Positions 11,541-23,200 of a stretch of DNA of 64,000 nucleotides are shown here, piece by piece (the stretch's first letter is position 1; every line of letters begins with the position of its first letter). The stretch covers positions 3,224,001-3,288,000 of the forward strand of contig JBHGNT010000017.1 of assembly GCA_043228905.1 (NCBI GenBank), in the 5' to 3' direction. The notes below the pieces were generated by a model, which saw nothing but the letters and a program-made list of their open reading frames with translations, was not told the DNA's origin and did no database searches. The stretch is from Azolla caroliniana. Its lineage: Eukaryota > Plantae > Polypodiophyta. Both the position numbers and the translations under genes were made by a program.

Positions 11541-14500
11541 TCACTCTTCGCCCATCGGTCCTTCCTCGGTCTCGGATTGGTCGTCGCTGCTGTCTAGGAG
11601 AACCGGGTCTGGCTCGTCGTCGTGTCGCTTCTTGAAGGCTTTGATCCTCTTTCCAGCCACGGGTATCGCCATTCTCGTGCCGTTGAGTTCCGCCAGGTGA
11701 TACGTCTCGTTGTCGTTGGCGCTTTGTACCGCGTACGGCCCAAACCATCTCCGCGCGAACTTCCGTGTAGCCCGGTGCTGGTTGTCGAGGCTGCTGTCGT
11801 AGACGAGCACCCAGTCACCTTCCTCGATCTTCTTCGGTCGGAGCCGGTGCGTTCGGTCGAACCTGGCTTTATTCTTTGTCCTCGCCACCCGGAGTTTCTC
11901 CGCAGCCAGCTCCACGTCCTCCGGTCTCCGCTCGAGTTGTCGTATATGCGCGGCCAACAACTCCTCCCGGTTCATCTCGTCCCTCCAGTCGACCGTTGCC
12001 CATGAGGAGATCGTCTGTTCCATCGGCATGATCGGCTTCTTGCCGAACATGAGCTCCGTCGGCATGTACCCGGTTACCGAACTGTGCGTAGTCCGGTCTG
12101 CCCACAAAGCATAAGGTAGCAGCCGCGGCCAGTTACCGACTTGGCCTCCGCATGCCCGAACCAGCGCCTTGACGATCGGCCCGTGTCCGCGCTCCACCTT
12201 TCCATTCGCCTCCGGATTGTACGCAGTGGTGAGCGAGAGCTTGACTCCCAGCCGGTCGAACAGCTCCGCGGCTTCTTCGGCGTCCAACTCCCCTCGGTCA
12301 GCCACGATCTTCCCGACGCACCCGTACCGGCATATCACGTCCTCGATTAGGAACCGACATACGGCCACGGTCGTTTTGTTCTGAAGGGCTCGGCCTTCCA
12401 CCTGGTTCGTCAGATCCTCCCGTGCTAGGACCAGATACCGCATCTATCCTACCCCCATTGGCATCATCACCAGATCTACCATCCATTTGAAGTGGATGGT
12501 CGGAGGGTACGTAGGGTGAAGCTCGTCCCGGTGTCGGACTACGGAGTGCATCTGACAATTTTCGCAAGTCGCCACGAACCGACGCACGTCCCGGTACAAT
12601 CCCGGCCACCAGTACTTCCCCTTTAGTTTCTCGAACGTGGCCCACGTTCCACGGTGTCCAGCCCAAGGGCTGTCGTGGTAGGCCGCCAGGAGCTCCTCCT
12701 GTTCTTCCTTCATCGCCACCACCCGGAGCGGGACGCCGCTCCTCTTCTTCGGGTGTTTCCATAGATAGCCATCCCGGAGAAAGAACCGGTACGCTTTCTT
12801 CCGGATCCGGTTGGCCTCGTCTTTCGTCCATGACGCATCCGGCGCCATTGTCCTCAAGAACCCGCCGATCCGCAACCACTCCCCGTCGTACTTGCTCGCG
12901 TCGAAGTCGTTAAGCGCCGGAGTGCTCGTCCCGTCTGTTGTTACGTATGCTGCCTCGAAGAAGTCCACGCCGACCTCTTCGTCCTCCGAAACCATGCCGC
13001 CCTCGTCATCGAACCTCGCCCTCGAAAGCATGTCGGCCATGGCGTTGTCTTTCCCGGAAATGTGTCGTATTTCCGGGTCCAGGGACTTGATGTACGCTAT
13101 CCACCTGAGCATCGCCAGGTCCGGCGTCGCGCATCCGGAAACCATGCCGAGAATTGGCAGGCAATCCGTCTCGATAATCACTTCTGTCCCAATCAGATAG
13201 TCTTTGTCGGCCTTTACCGCCGAAACGATACCCCAGAGTTCGCGTTTAACCTGGGCGTATCCTCGCTGCCGCTCACTGAGGACTTTCGCGCCGAATCGGA
13301 TCGGAAACCGATTGCCGTCCTCGTCTTGTTGGTTGACGACCCACCCGATTCCGGTCGGACTCGTGTCAACCGTTATGTATATTGGGGTGCCCTTCTTGTA
13401 GACGGCCTTCCGGAGCGCCGATGCTACCGAAAGAGCCTCCTTCAGCTTCCGGACCGACTCCGTGTGCTCGTCAAGCCATTCAAACCTTCGCCCTTTCTTC
13501 AGCAACCCGTACAGCGGCTCCGCGACGTGTGCGTAATGCGGGATCCATATGTGGTAAAACGCGCATGCTCCCAAGAATCTTCGTACTTCCGTGACCGAGC
13601 TGCAGTCGGGCTTCATCGCGGAGATGGCTTCTACCTTTGCCGGAGACGGTTTTCGGCCATATGGCCCACATAAGTGTCCGACCACCATGATTTCTGACTG
13701 CCCGAAGGCTGATTTCTCCCCCGAGAAGGTGAGCCTCGCATCCTCTAGCCTTTGCAGCACCTTCTCGCAGTCGTCGATGTGCGTCGCCACGAATCGCCGG
13801 CATCCGTCAGGCCCGATCGTCTCGTCCTTCTCTGCTATCGGGCATCCCTTGATCGGGATGTCGTCCAGAAACGGCATGGTGATGTCCGGGATGCAGTCCC
13901 TCAGAACCTTGTTCATCGCATTCACCATGTGGGCCACCGAGTTGGTCCCTCCTTGCGGCAACGTACACATCCGCACTAGGCCAAGGGGAGTTCGCATCGT
14001 CGTAATGTCTCTGCTCTCCACGGCTAGCTGGAACTGGTCGTACCCTGAGTATAGATCACCGACCGAGTAAATCGACCTTCCGGCGAAGGCCTCCGCGAAC
14101 TCGTCTATGGTCGGTCCGATCCCCGCGTTCCGAATGGTCACCCTATTGACCGGTTGCAGGTCCTGAATGAAGCGCAATGATCCGTTTTTCTTTGGTACGG
14201 TAAACCATCGGTTTGAATACGGGGCGCTCGACGGCTCGAGAATGCCCATATCAACTTTCTGCTTCAACAGCTCCATCAACTTCGGGATGTGAGCTCTCGG
14301 AACCGGAATTGGCTTGAGATTCCACGGTACATGCGGTACCGTGAATATCACCATCGGCTCTACGATCGTCGGGTCTACGCACCCGATTTCCTCCGGTGAG
14401 AATGCGAAGGCTTTCCCGTGCCTTCCGAGCATTCTCCGAAACCGGTCTTCCTCCGCCGGTAGTAGGAACCCGCCCCCACCGATTTTGAGCTCCCGGAGCG

Positions 14501-15029
14501 TCTCGTTGGTGAAGGTGTGTCCTATGCAGGCCGGATCTCGTAAGCTGGGGTCCGATGCAACCCCTTTGATTCGCGACTCGCTGCCCTCCGGTAAGGGTAC
14601 CGCGACTGGCCTTACCTTCCGGTCCACAGTCTTGTACTTGGTGCTTACTCGGGCCGTCCGATCCGACTCGAGCCCCCGACCAAAGTCCGCGATGGCTTCG
14701 TACATCTCTTCGGAACATACCGGTATCGTCCGGTCTTCGTTAAGGTCTTCTTCGACTACCTTCCCCAGCATTCCCAAGGTGTCGTCGAAGGAGACCGCCT
14801 CCACGGCTCCGTTGATTTCCTCGTCAGGGCCGAGAACTCCGCACGCTCGAAGTCTCCCCTCCGTCTTTGTCTTCTCTCGGCCGGCGATGCCGACTATCGT
14901 ACATGCTCCGCTGTCGGAGAAGCAAAATTTCCTACCTATTGTACACGGTCTTATCGTACAGATGTGGGGTTTTCCCGGAGCATCCGGACTGTCGCGGCCC
15001 CACGCCTTGGCAGTCCTCTCTAAAAATCC
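11541..15029 (-). CDS. pol: D pol (RT-RNase H-integrase), one in-frame TAG at 12444-12446, no own ATG at its 5' end
   Basis: RT LPQGGTNS / PFLDD, RNase H VDTSP / ETDC, integrase HDSP..GHRG..C..C / ADRGE / YNPEANGKVER. The frame stays open from the gag-PR stop region into VEAVSFDD. Confidence 0.9.
14964..15029 (-). promoter_or_regulatory. Predicted -1 ribosomal frameshift cassette (G_GAU_UUU plus stem-loop/pseudoknot)
   Basis: Heptamer 15029-15023 directly before the UAG stop, 6-nt spacer, GGACUG/CAGUCC stem, loop GUGGGG complementary to downstream CCCCAC. The -1 frame is the pol frame. Confidence 0.75.
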
Positions 15030-16923
15030 TCTCGGTTTTCGGAACCGAGGGAGTCGCAGTTACGTTCGTGGTTCGGCCGTACCGTCAGAAACTGGACCGA
15101 ATGGCGCCCGTCCTGGCTTTTGACCCTTGCATAGGCCGAACCATTATTCAGCACCTTGGTCTCCATTCGCGCCGCCGTGATGTACGGCTCTCCCAATATT
15201 ACCGGATGCGAGGACGTCTCCTGTACGAAGAAGTGCTGGTCAATCTCGATGTCGCCGATCTTGACCCGTACGTTCGGGCAGGCCCCGTGCAGTTCCTCGG
15301 TGGCGCGCGTCGCCACCCGTATCTTCCACCCGTGCTTGGTGTTGATCGGCCATTTGCCCTTCTTGTAGAAGTCCATGGACATTAGGTTGATCTCCGAACC
15401 GTGGTCCACCAAAGCTACCACCGGTTCCTGGACATCTCTGATCTTCACCGGGGTTTCCGTGGTCGCTCGGGCCCAATGTGGCCTCGAAAAGTGGCTCTCC
15501 GCCCACTCATCTTCCAGCGACATGTCGTCTAGGTGCGTCGTCCGCACCTCTACCGGTCTTTCCGGTTCTACCTCCGTTGACAGCCTCTTCCGCTTCACCA
15601 AGTCCACGATGGAGTCGTGGAACTCCTTCCTGGCGATTCCTAGCACTTCCCGTAATGACAGCTCCACCTTGCTGTCGAGGATCCGTTCTTCTAGGACCTT
15701 CCGCAGGTCCGTGGTCCTCTCTATTTCCGTCCCCAGTCGGTATCCGCCCTTCCTGGGGTTATCTTGCGCATTGGACCCGCCGGCCTCGTTCCGTCGTTGC
15801 CCGAACCGGGTCTCGTATCGTTGTAAGGGCCCGGTCGTTCCGGTTTTCCCCACCCGCTTCTCTTCTACCAGAGCCTCGTAGTTCTGGCAGGCGGCTTCCA
15901 CGAAGCCCGTCTTTTCCTCGACCGGGTCGCTCCACCCGGTTATCTCCCGGACCCGTTTCTCCGCGCGGTCCGCTTCGTCCCCTTTTAGCCGCGTACCGGC
16001 GAGGCCTTCCAGCATCGCCGACCAGAATCCGGCTTTGCTTTCCTTTCGGGCCTCGCTGCCCCTGACCCGAATGCCGGCCGACGCCGAGTAGTGGACGGTT
16101 TCCGCATGTCGGGCCGCCGCCTCTTCCATCAGTCTCTTCATCCCTCCTCGCCCGTCGTTTCGGTTTAGGGCCCTTCTGGTGTCGCTGGCGTGCACCCGGC
16201 CTTCCCACAGGTACACCACCCGGTTCTTCAGCGCCTCTGCGAAATCGCCGCAGTCCTTCCGAATGTGGCCGACCTCGTCGCACCACATGCATCTGTTTCC
16301 CGCTGCCGGCCGTCGGTCGCGAGCCGGCTCGCCGCCTTCCCTGCGGGCTTGTGCAATTTGGAGGTCCTTTATCGCCCTCGTCAATTCCTCCAGCGCAGCT
16401 CCTCCGGTTGAGCCTCTGATCACGCCGGTCGAAGCTGAACCGGTTTCCAGCCACTCCCGGGTCTCTCCCTTTCGCACCGGCTGCGCCGGTTCAAGCTTCC
16501 TTGCTGCGACCGAGCCCGACCCGGTCGCCCCGTTATCCGCCCATTCTCGCCGTTTGTCGAAACGGCCGCAGGCTCTCTTAACCGCCGCCCAGTCGGTCGT
16601 CAGCCCGTCTTCGGTTTCCAGCAGGGCGCCCACGTGATCCCGATCCCGCTCGTCCACCGACTTGACGAACAGTAGGACCCGGCTTGTATCCAGGATCGTT
16701 CGGTCAAGCGTCGAAAGGCGCGCAAAGTTTTCCTCAAACTCCCGGAGGAGTGCCGACGCGTTTCTTCCCTTCCCGGGGGACTCTACCCATTCCATGAAAC
16801 TTCGTTTCGAAAGCCGGAGCGCGTCGTCCAGCCCGTATTTCTCTAGGAGCCGACCTTCGAACTCCTCCCAGGTCGGCTCTCCGCCCGCACCTCGAGCACC
16901 TCCGCATGGATGCTCGGCATCGC
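15020..16923 (-). pseudogene. gag-pro: D gag-protease ORF, C-terminal part (N-terminus at 25631-25405; split by E; 1-nt deletion near 16875)
   Basis: CCHC knuckle CMWCDEVGHIRKDC. Protease ALVDHGSEINLM...VILGEPY lies in the same ORF. Confidence 0.88.
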
Positions 16924-17344
16924 TGTTGTATGTATGGCTGGACTAGCCTCAACACAGGTGTCTATCCGACACTTCTCCAAAGGGGTGGTAGGGATAGAAT
17001 GTTAATACACGCGTATGATAATTACACTTAAGCACAGACGAAGACAAGATTAATCAGCATAAGCAAAACTATATTAATTCTTCGCCCCTTCATTACAAAA
17101 CATCGGATCCTTTTATAGGCATCCGGCCAGATTACAATCGGTGCTCGGTAGGCAACCGTTAACCGAAACCGAATCGGTTCGGATCCGGATCCGTTACAAC
17201 TACCGGATCCGTCCCTCCTAATAATTCTATTCCTATTTCTATATTTATCCGATCCGACCTTGCTTTCCCATTTGCCTTCTCTGACCGGCCAACACATGGC
17301 ACGCCCGTGGGAAAGTGCATTGCACTTCGAACCCACAGCCGGCT

Positions 17345-20266
17345 TCAGTCTTCCTCCAAATTATCAGGCAAACTCCGCTCCGAGGTTTCAAGTGTTGTTT
17401 TGCCTGTGCCGTCTCCGACGTCCGATTGGATTGGCTGCCTTTTCGCATCTTGCTGCTCCGACTCTGCTTGTACCGGTGGTACCGGTGTTTCTTCTGTATC
17501 CTGTCCGGGTCTGTCCTGCTCCACCTCCGTTCCGTTCCCGGTATCGCTCTCTCCGGTTTCCACTGGTTGTGTCCTTTCCTCCCCGGATTCGGTACTTCTC
17601 TGTCTCCACTCTGCATCATCCCCGACATCAACCTGCTCTTGCTCCGAAAGTTCTTCCTCGGGTAATTCTTGTCGGGGTACATTGTTGGTTGGGTCCTCTT
17701 CAGCCGGTCGCTCGCCCTCACTAATGGAGATCGGCGTTGTGTGTCCCTCGGCTTCCTGTCGCAGTCGGTCCTTCTCGTACCCTTCCAATTCTAGTTGGGT
17801 TTCGAGCTGTCCGTCATCCAACCTCTCTACTAACCCTCGGATTTCCTTGAGATGCTCTTCTGCTAGAGCATAGAAATCCTCCGACAGTTCTTCCCGGATG
17901 TTGACGATACTTTCTTCGTCCATTTTATAGAACCCATCTCCGTTTTTCTTCCGATTTTCTGCATCAGCTCGGAGTATCTGCAGTTCAGCTGCCTGTTGTG
18001 CCCATTCCCTCCAGAGCTTCTCCGTGCTTTCATTTATGCTGGCCTGAGCTCGGGTACTCCAACTTGACATGATGAACTTAATTCGGCCAACCCCTGCTTT
18101 AGCCTGTTCCGAAGCTGCTTGTTTTTCCTTCCTTATCCGTTTGATGATGTCGGCCATTAACTGAGCTTGAGCTTCAGAGTCGACTTTTTGCTTGTCACAG
18201 GTACTCCGCCATTTGTTGATTTCGAAAGTCAACTTCACTTTCTCCTCATTCCTGCTCTTTGTCAGCTCCCCTACTTTCTGCCGAAGTACTTCCATCTCCT
18301 TTCTTTGTTCCGACGTCAAGGTCTTCTCCGCCGATACTTCCTCCCTTGCTTTGGACAATTCCAAGCGGTTTTCCTTGAGCTGCTCTTTCAGCTTCTCTAT
18401 CTGTCGGTCGTACGTTGCTGCCTGATTCTTGATGTCCGACGTGGCCTGTTTATAATCCTTACATAGTCTGTCGAATTCCTCCGTCTTCTGTTTTAGGCGT
18501 CGGTTCGCCTGAGCTCGCAACTGATCATCCCGGTCCTTTTGTTGTCGGAGTTCCTCTCGCAACCGCTCAATTTCCTGCTCCATTCGTCGGCGCAGCCTAT
18601 CTTTTTCCTTTTGCAGTGTCCCGTTTTCTTCTTGTAGTCGGTCATTGGTGGCTTTGCTTCGGCGAAGGCCTTCCTCCATTCGCCGTCTGTCGTCTTCTAC
18701 CAACTTCCGCTGTTCTCTTTCGTTATCTCTCAATGCCTCCTGAGCCTGTAATTCTTCTTTCAAAGTTGCTATTAACTTCTCGGTCTCAGGGCCGGTTTGC
18801 AAGGCCCTCTCCGTTTCTGGTTCGGCTTGCTTTTCTGATGTCCCGACCGGCTCGGTGCCATCTTGTGCTTGTCGGCTGCCTTCTTTTGCCTGTGCTAGCT
18901 CTTCTTGCAGCTCATGTAATTGTGCCCGGAGCATGACCATATCCTTAGTCATCGTCCTAGTCACTTCTTCTCTTTGCTCCTCCTCTTTCTCCATCTGGTC
19001 TGCTACTCCCGACAACTGCCCTGACAACCACCTTAGCCATTGTGCCTTTGTTCTGCCTTCGTTGGTGTCAGCAGGCGTGCCTAGCTCCGGCTGTTTTTCC
19101 GGCTGTTTCTCCGGCCTCTTCTCTTGTTCCGGCGCTTGTTCCTTTCTTTGTTCTTCGAACTCCGCCGCCGTCGGTTCCGGTACTGCCGTCTCTGGTGCAG
19201 ACGGACCTTCATCCTGTGTCGCTTCTGTACCGGTTACTGGAGGCGGTTCTTTTGCCCGTTGCTGAGTTCCGTCCGCTGTTGGGGTTAGTCTTGTCGCTCG
19301 TTTCTCCTTTCCTTGCCTGGGTGGTAGTATTAACATCGGTTCAGATGAGTCTTCCTCTGTTTCAGCGTCCTCCGTCGGTGCCACTATTGGTTCCTTTACT
19401 GGTACCGGTTCCGATTCGAGCGTTACTGGTTCGGTGTCGGTTTGCCTCTTGCTGGTCTTCTTTGCCAGCTTCTCCTTGCCTTTTTCCGCCTTTTTCTTCT
19501 TCGTTGTCGGTTGCTGTTGCTGTTGCTGTTTCTGTGGCTGCCATGATGGGCCTTCCTCCCTTTGCTGTCGGGATGAGTCTTCTTCCCGCGGTTGTCGAGA
19601 TGAGCCTTCTTTCCGCGGCTGTCGGGATGATCCTTCTTCCCGCGGCGCTTCTTCTTCCTGTGTCCATCCTGGAGTGTGTTTCTCTAGGATTCGTCGGCGC
19701 TTCATGGTTTGCTTCGGGGTAGTCTCCTGCCGACTTCTTTGCTTGTGCTTGATGGGGGACACCGGTGGGACCAACACTGTTAACCATTGGGATATTCCGG
19801 CCCATGGCTTCTTCCCTTCCACTAAGTGCTTGATCGCCTCTTTCAGTCCTTCGGTGATGAAATGGAGCCAGTCCACCTGCAGGCCTTCGAATGTCGCGAT
19901 GACGATCGCTGCTCGGTATTTGGCTATGGCTGCCGGACGAGGGTTCACGAACCCGTACTCCATCAGGGCGCGGGCCACCTCTCCGAACAGCAGGTTCTCT
20001 CCGCCCTGTGTGCGATACGCCTTGCTGCTAAGGGAGTATTCGCCGAAATACTCGAAGAATATTTGGCTCGAGGGTAGCTCTATCGTCTGAAGTCCTCCCT
20101 CCGAAATCCCTGTGAGCGCTTGTACCGCTCCTTCAGTGACCTCTGCTAAGTCCACCGCTGTTGCCGCCTGCTCTGGTTCCTTGAGTGGTGGAGCGTCAGC
20201 GACCCGCAGCAGCCCTCCTAATCCGTTCTCCGTCAGCCATTGTCGCGCTCCGTCCGACAGTGCCAT
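17345..20266 (-). CDS. Extra ORF of E, 973 aa: globular N-terminus, disordered E/P/Q-rich linker, long coiled coil, acidic tail; function unknown
   Basis: Uninterrupted ORF from MALSDGARQW, sense to pol, ending 50 nt before the 3' LTR. Contains EEGSSRQPR-type repeats and a poly-Q/poly-K patch. Confidence 0.85.
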   Translation of the reverse strand: MALSDGARQWLTENGLGGLLRVADAPPLKEPEQAATAVDLAEVTEGAVQALTGISEGGLQTIELPSSQIFFEYFGEYSLSSKAYRTQGGENLLFGEVARALMEYGFVNPRPAAIAKYRAAIVIATFEGLQVDWLHFITEGLKEAIKHLVEGKKPWAGISQWLTVLVPPVSPIKHKQRSRQETTPKQTMKRRRILEKHTPGWTQEEEAPREEGSSRQPRKEGSSRQPREEDSSRQQREEGPSWQPQKQQQQQQPTTKKKKAEKGKEKLAKKTSKRQTDTEPVTLESEPVPVKEPIVAPTEDAETEEDSSEPMLILPPRQGKEKRATRLTPTADGTQQRAKEPPPVTGTEATQDEGPSAPETAVPEPTAAEFEEQRKEQAPEQEKRPEKQPEKQPELGTPADTNEGRTKAQWLRWLSGQLSGVADQMEKEEEQREEVTRTMTKDMVMLRAQLHELQEELAQAKEGSRQAQDGTEPVGTSEKQAEPETERALQTGPETEKLIATLKEELQAQEALRDNEREQRKLVEDDRRRMEEGLRRSKATNDRLQEENGTLQKEKDRLRRRMEQEIERLREELRQQKDRDDQLRAQANRRLKQKTEEFDRLCKDYKQATSDIKNQAATYDRQIEKLKEQLKENRLELSKAREEVSAEKTLTSEQRKEMEVLRQKVGELTKSRNEEKVKLTFEINKWRSTCDKQKVDSEAQAQLMADIIKRIRKEKQAASEQAKAGVGRIKFIMSSWSTRAQASINESTEKLWREWAQQAAELQILRADAENRKKNGDGFYKMDEESIVNIREELSEDFYALAEEHLKEIRGLVERLDDGQLETQLELEGYEKDRLRQEAEGHTTPISISEGERPAEEDPTNNVPRQELPEEELSEQEQVDVGDDAEWRQRSTESGEERTQPVETGESDTGNGTEVEQDRPGQDTEETPVPPVQAESEQQDAKRQPIQSDVGDGTGKTTLETSERSLPDNLEED

Positions 20267-23200
20267 CGCTTCTGCTCCGTGGGTTGGCCCAGTCGTTGAC
20301 ACAGGTCGCATTCCCTGCTATACTTAACGGCATCTCTCATGGTAGTCGGCCACCATAGTCCGCTCTGCCATATCTTCCGGGCTGTTGTTTCGCCGGCATA
20401 ATGCCCGCCTGCAATTCCACAGTGGGCTTCCCTCAGGATCAGATCCTTTTCATCGCTCCGCACTGCTCGCCTCCATACGCCATCTGCCCCCTTGTGATAG
20501 AGGGTGTCTCCTACCAAGCAGAAATGTCTGCTCCGTACTGCCATCCTCTTCCGTTCGTCTCGGTCCAGGTTTTCCGGGGGAACTCCGGTGCTCAGGAACT
20601 GATGCATTTCGGTTAACCATTTGTCTTCGTCCGCTACTGTGGTCTCCGTTGCCGGTGCCGTCGTGACCTTAAACAGCTCGGCGTCGGGAAATTCGTCCTG
20701 TACGCCGTCCCCTGATTCTCCGGATTCTAGCCTGCTCAGGTAGTCTGCTACCGCATGCTGCACCCCGGGTCGGTGGAAAATGTCGAATTCGAATTCCTGT
20801 AATAGCAGCGTCCATCGTGCGAGTTTTCCTGTCAGGGCTGCCTTTGAGACCAGGTAGAGTAGTGCCGAGTGGTCAACGTGGAAGGAGAACTTTCGTCCGA
20901 GCAGATAGTGCCTGTACTTTGTGACGCTGTACACCATTCCTAATGCCTCTCGTTCCGTTGTAGAGTAGTTCCGTTCGGCTTTTGAGAGTTTCCTGCTTGC
21001 GTAGTACACCGGCCGATACCATTTCGGTTCCGTGAGTTGCATCAAAACGCTGCCGATTGCTACGTCCGACGCGTCGACGAAGACGTGAAAGCTTTTACTC
21101 CAGTCCGGCGGCTGCACCACCGGAGCTTGTGACAGCATGACCTTCAACGCTTGGTAGGCTGCCTCCTCTGTTTCTGTCCATTGGAAAGGTACTCTATGTA
21201 CAACAGCGTGCAATGGTGTCGCAACGTCGGCAAGGTGCCGTATCATCCGACTATGCCACCTTATTTGACCAAGGAATCGGCTTAAAGCTTTTGCGCTATT
21301 CGGTGCCGGTGCGTCGAGAATTGCTTTTACCTTATCCGGATCTACCGCGATTCCTTCTCGACTCACCACGTGGCCTAACAAATTGCCGCTTGCGACTCCA
21401 AAGACGCACTTAGCCGGGTTCAGACTTAATCGGTACTCGCGGCACTTTTCTAAGCATAGTCGTAGGTGATCGAGATGCTCTCCGTGTCGGCTGTAGACGG
21501 CGAAATCGTCTAGGAAGACCTGCATAAAACCGGGAATAAAATCACCGAAGATTTCCATAATTATCCTTTGAAATGTTGCAGGGGCTGTCTTTAATCCGAA
21601 CATCATCACGACCGCGACGAACACTCCCCATTCCGTCACGAACGCTGTTTTCTCTTGGTCGGCCGGGTTCATTCGGATTTGGTTGTAGCCGCTGAATCCG
21701 TCCAGGAAGCTGTAAACTTCGTGGCCGGCCACCGCATCTAGCACTCCGTCCGTGAATGGTAGTGGAAAAGCGTCGGTCACTGTCGCGGCATTTAGTTTCC
21801 TGTAGTCCACACATACCCGGATTTTGCCGTTCTTTTTCGGGACCACCACTATCGGGCTTAGCCAGGTTGCCTGCTTGACTGGTCGGATAAATCCGACCCG
21901 GAGGAGCTTGTCAATTTCCTCCTTCACCTTTGCCGCATAGTTTGGATTCATCCGGTACCGACGTTGAGCGATGGGTTTCGCGTCAGTACTTAGATGAATT
22001 TGGTGTTGGTAGAGCTGGGGGTCCAACCCTCGCATGTCTTCGTATGACCATGCGAACACGTCCTTGAAATCCGTTAACAGTGCTACCATTGCCTGTTTTT
22101 CCTCCTTCGGCAATTCCTTCGCGACTTTTACCGGTCGGGGTTGTTCTGTTGTGCCGAGGTCCACCTCTTCCAGCTGGGATGCTTTCACCCTTTGGGATAT
22201 CGTCATTTCTCTTTCTAGGGCTTCCTGTGCTTGGCGTAGTTCCCGGATCGCCACTTTGTCCGGCTCGTCCGGCATTGTGATGTACGGCTCTACTGCTGCC
22301 GTGATATCCACCTCAAAAAGTGGGACGATCTGTGGGTGTTCCTCGAGGTACCGATCAACTTCCTCGTCCGGTAAGCCCTCCAACATGTTGATGCTTTCGG
22401 CATATAAAGGGGTTGCCTCCTTGCTAGTGAGCACCCGTGGTTGCGTGGCTACCCGTACCTTTGTTTTCCCTCGTCGGAACGTGATCATATTCTTTTGCCA
22501 GTTTTGCTTGATATGCGCCGTTCGCAGCCATGGTCGTCCTAACAGTAGGGGATATGCGCCTTGTACCTTCAGCTCTAGTACCACGGCCGATATTCGGAAT
22601 ACGTGGCCTCCTATTGTTACTTCCAAGTCCCGGATAAGACCGGTTGGTCGGACTGAGCTTGTATCCGCCATGCGTAACCAGAAGGGGCATGGTTCCCACT
22701 CCTGGATGCCTAGGTCGTCGCATGTCTGTCGACTAATGACGTTCACCCCGGAGCCTCCGTCAATAATTGTTCCTGGAATCTCCTTTCCTTTGACGATTGT
22801 CGTGATTGCTGGGCTACTGGTATCAACCACCGCTGGGCCTTCCTCCGGGTTGGAGAAAAATGCCGGTGCTGGCGTCGGCGTCGGTTTGCGCACGGCGGCT
22901 TGTAAGTCTGCTGTAAACCTCGGCACCAACTGCAGTAACCGTGCCAACGGCAGCACGATCTGACAATCTTGTAGTGCTTGCCATGTCGGGTTTTCTCCTG
23001 GCTGTACGATTTCCTCCTCCCTTGGCATATTTTGGTTTCTTACTTCCGCCGCACCTTGTTCGTTGGCTTCTTTGATCCATTGTGCCGCTTGTTTTCTGAT
23101 TGCTTCCTGGGCTTCCCATTCGGCGGCCTTCCCCTTCGACCGTGTGGTAACCTGCTGTACTTCGGCTGTCACCATGTTGACTGCTGGCTGCTTGTCGGCT

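Noticed and set aside
10990-11700. 236/242-aa ORFs in the D LTRs (also 25911-26639)
   Set aside because: Antisense to the element, run across LTR boundaries, and have no motifs. Expected by chance in GC-rich sequence.
12444-12446. Integrase of D as a separate gene
   Set aside because: The in-frame TAG lies inside the integrase domain, after the first catalytic Asp region. Most likely CAG>TAG decay.
17345-20266. Envelope glycoprotein
   Set aside because: Env-like position, but no evident signal peptide, transmembrane helix or Cys pattern.
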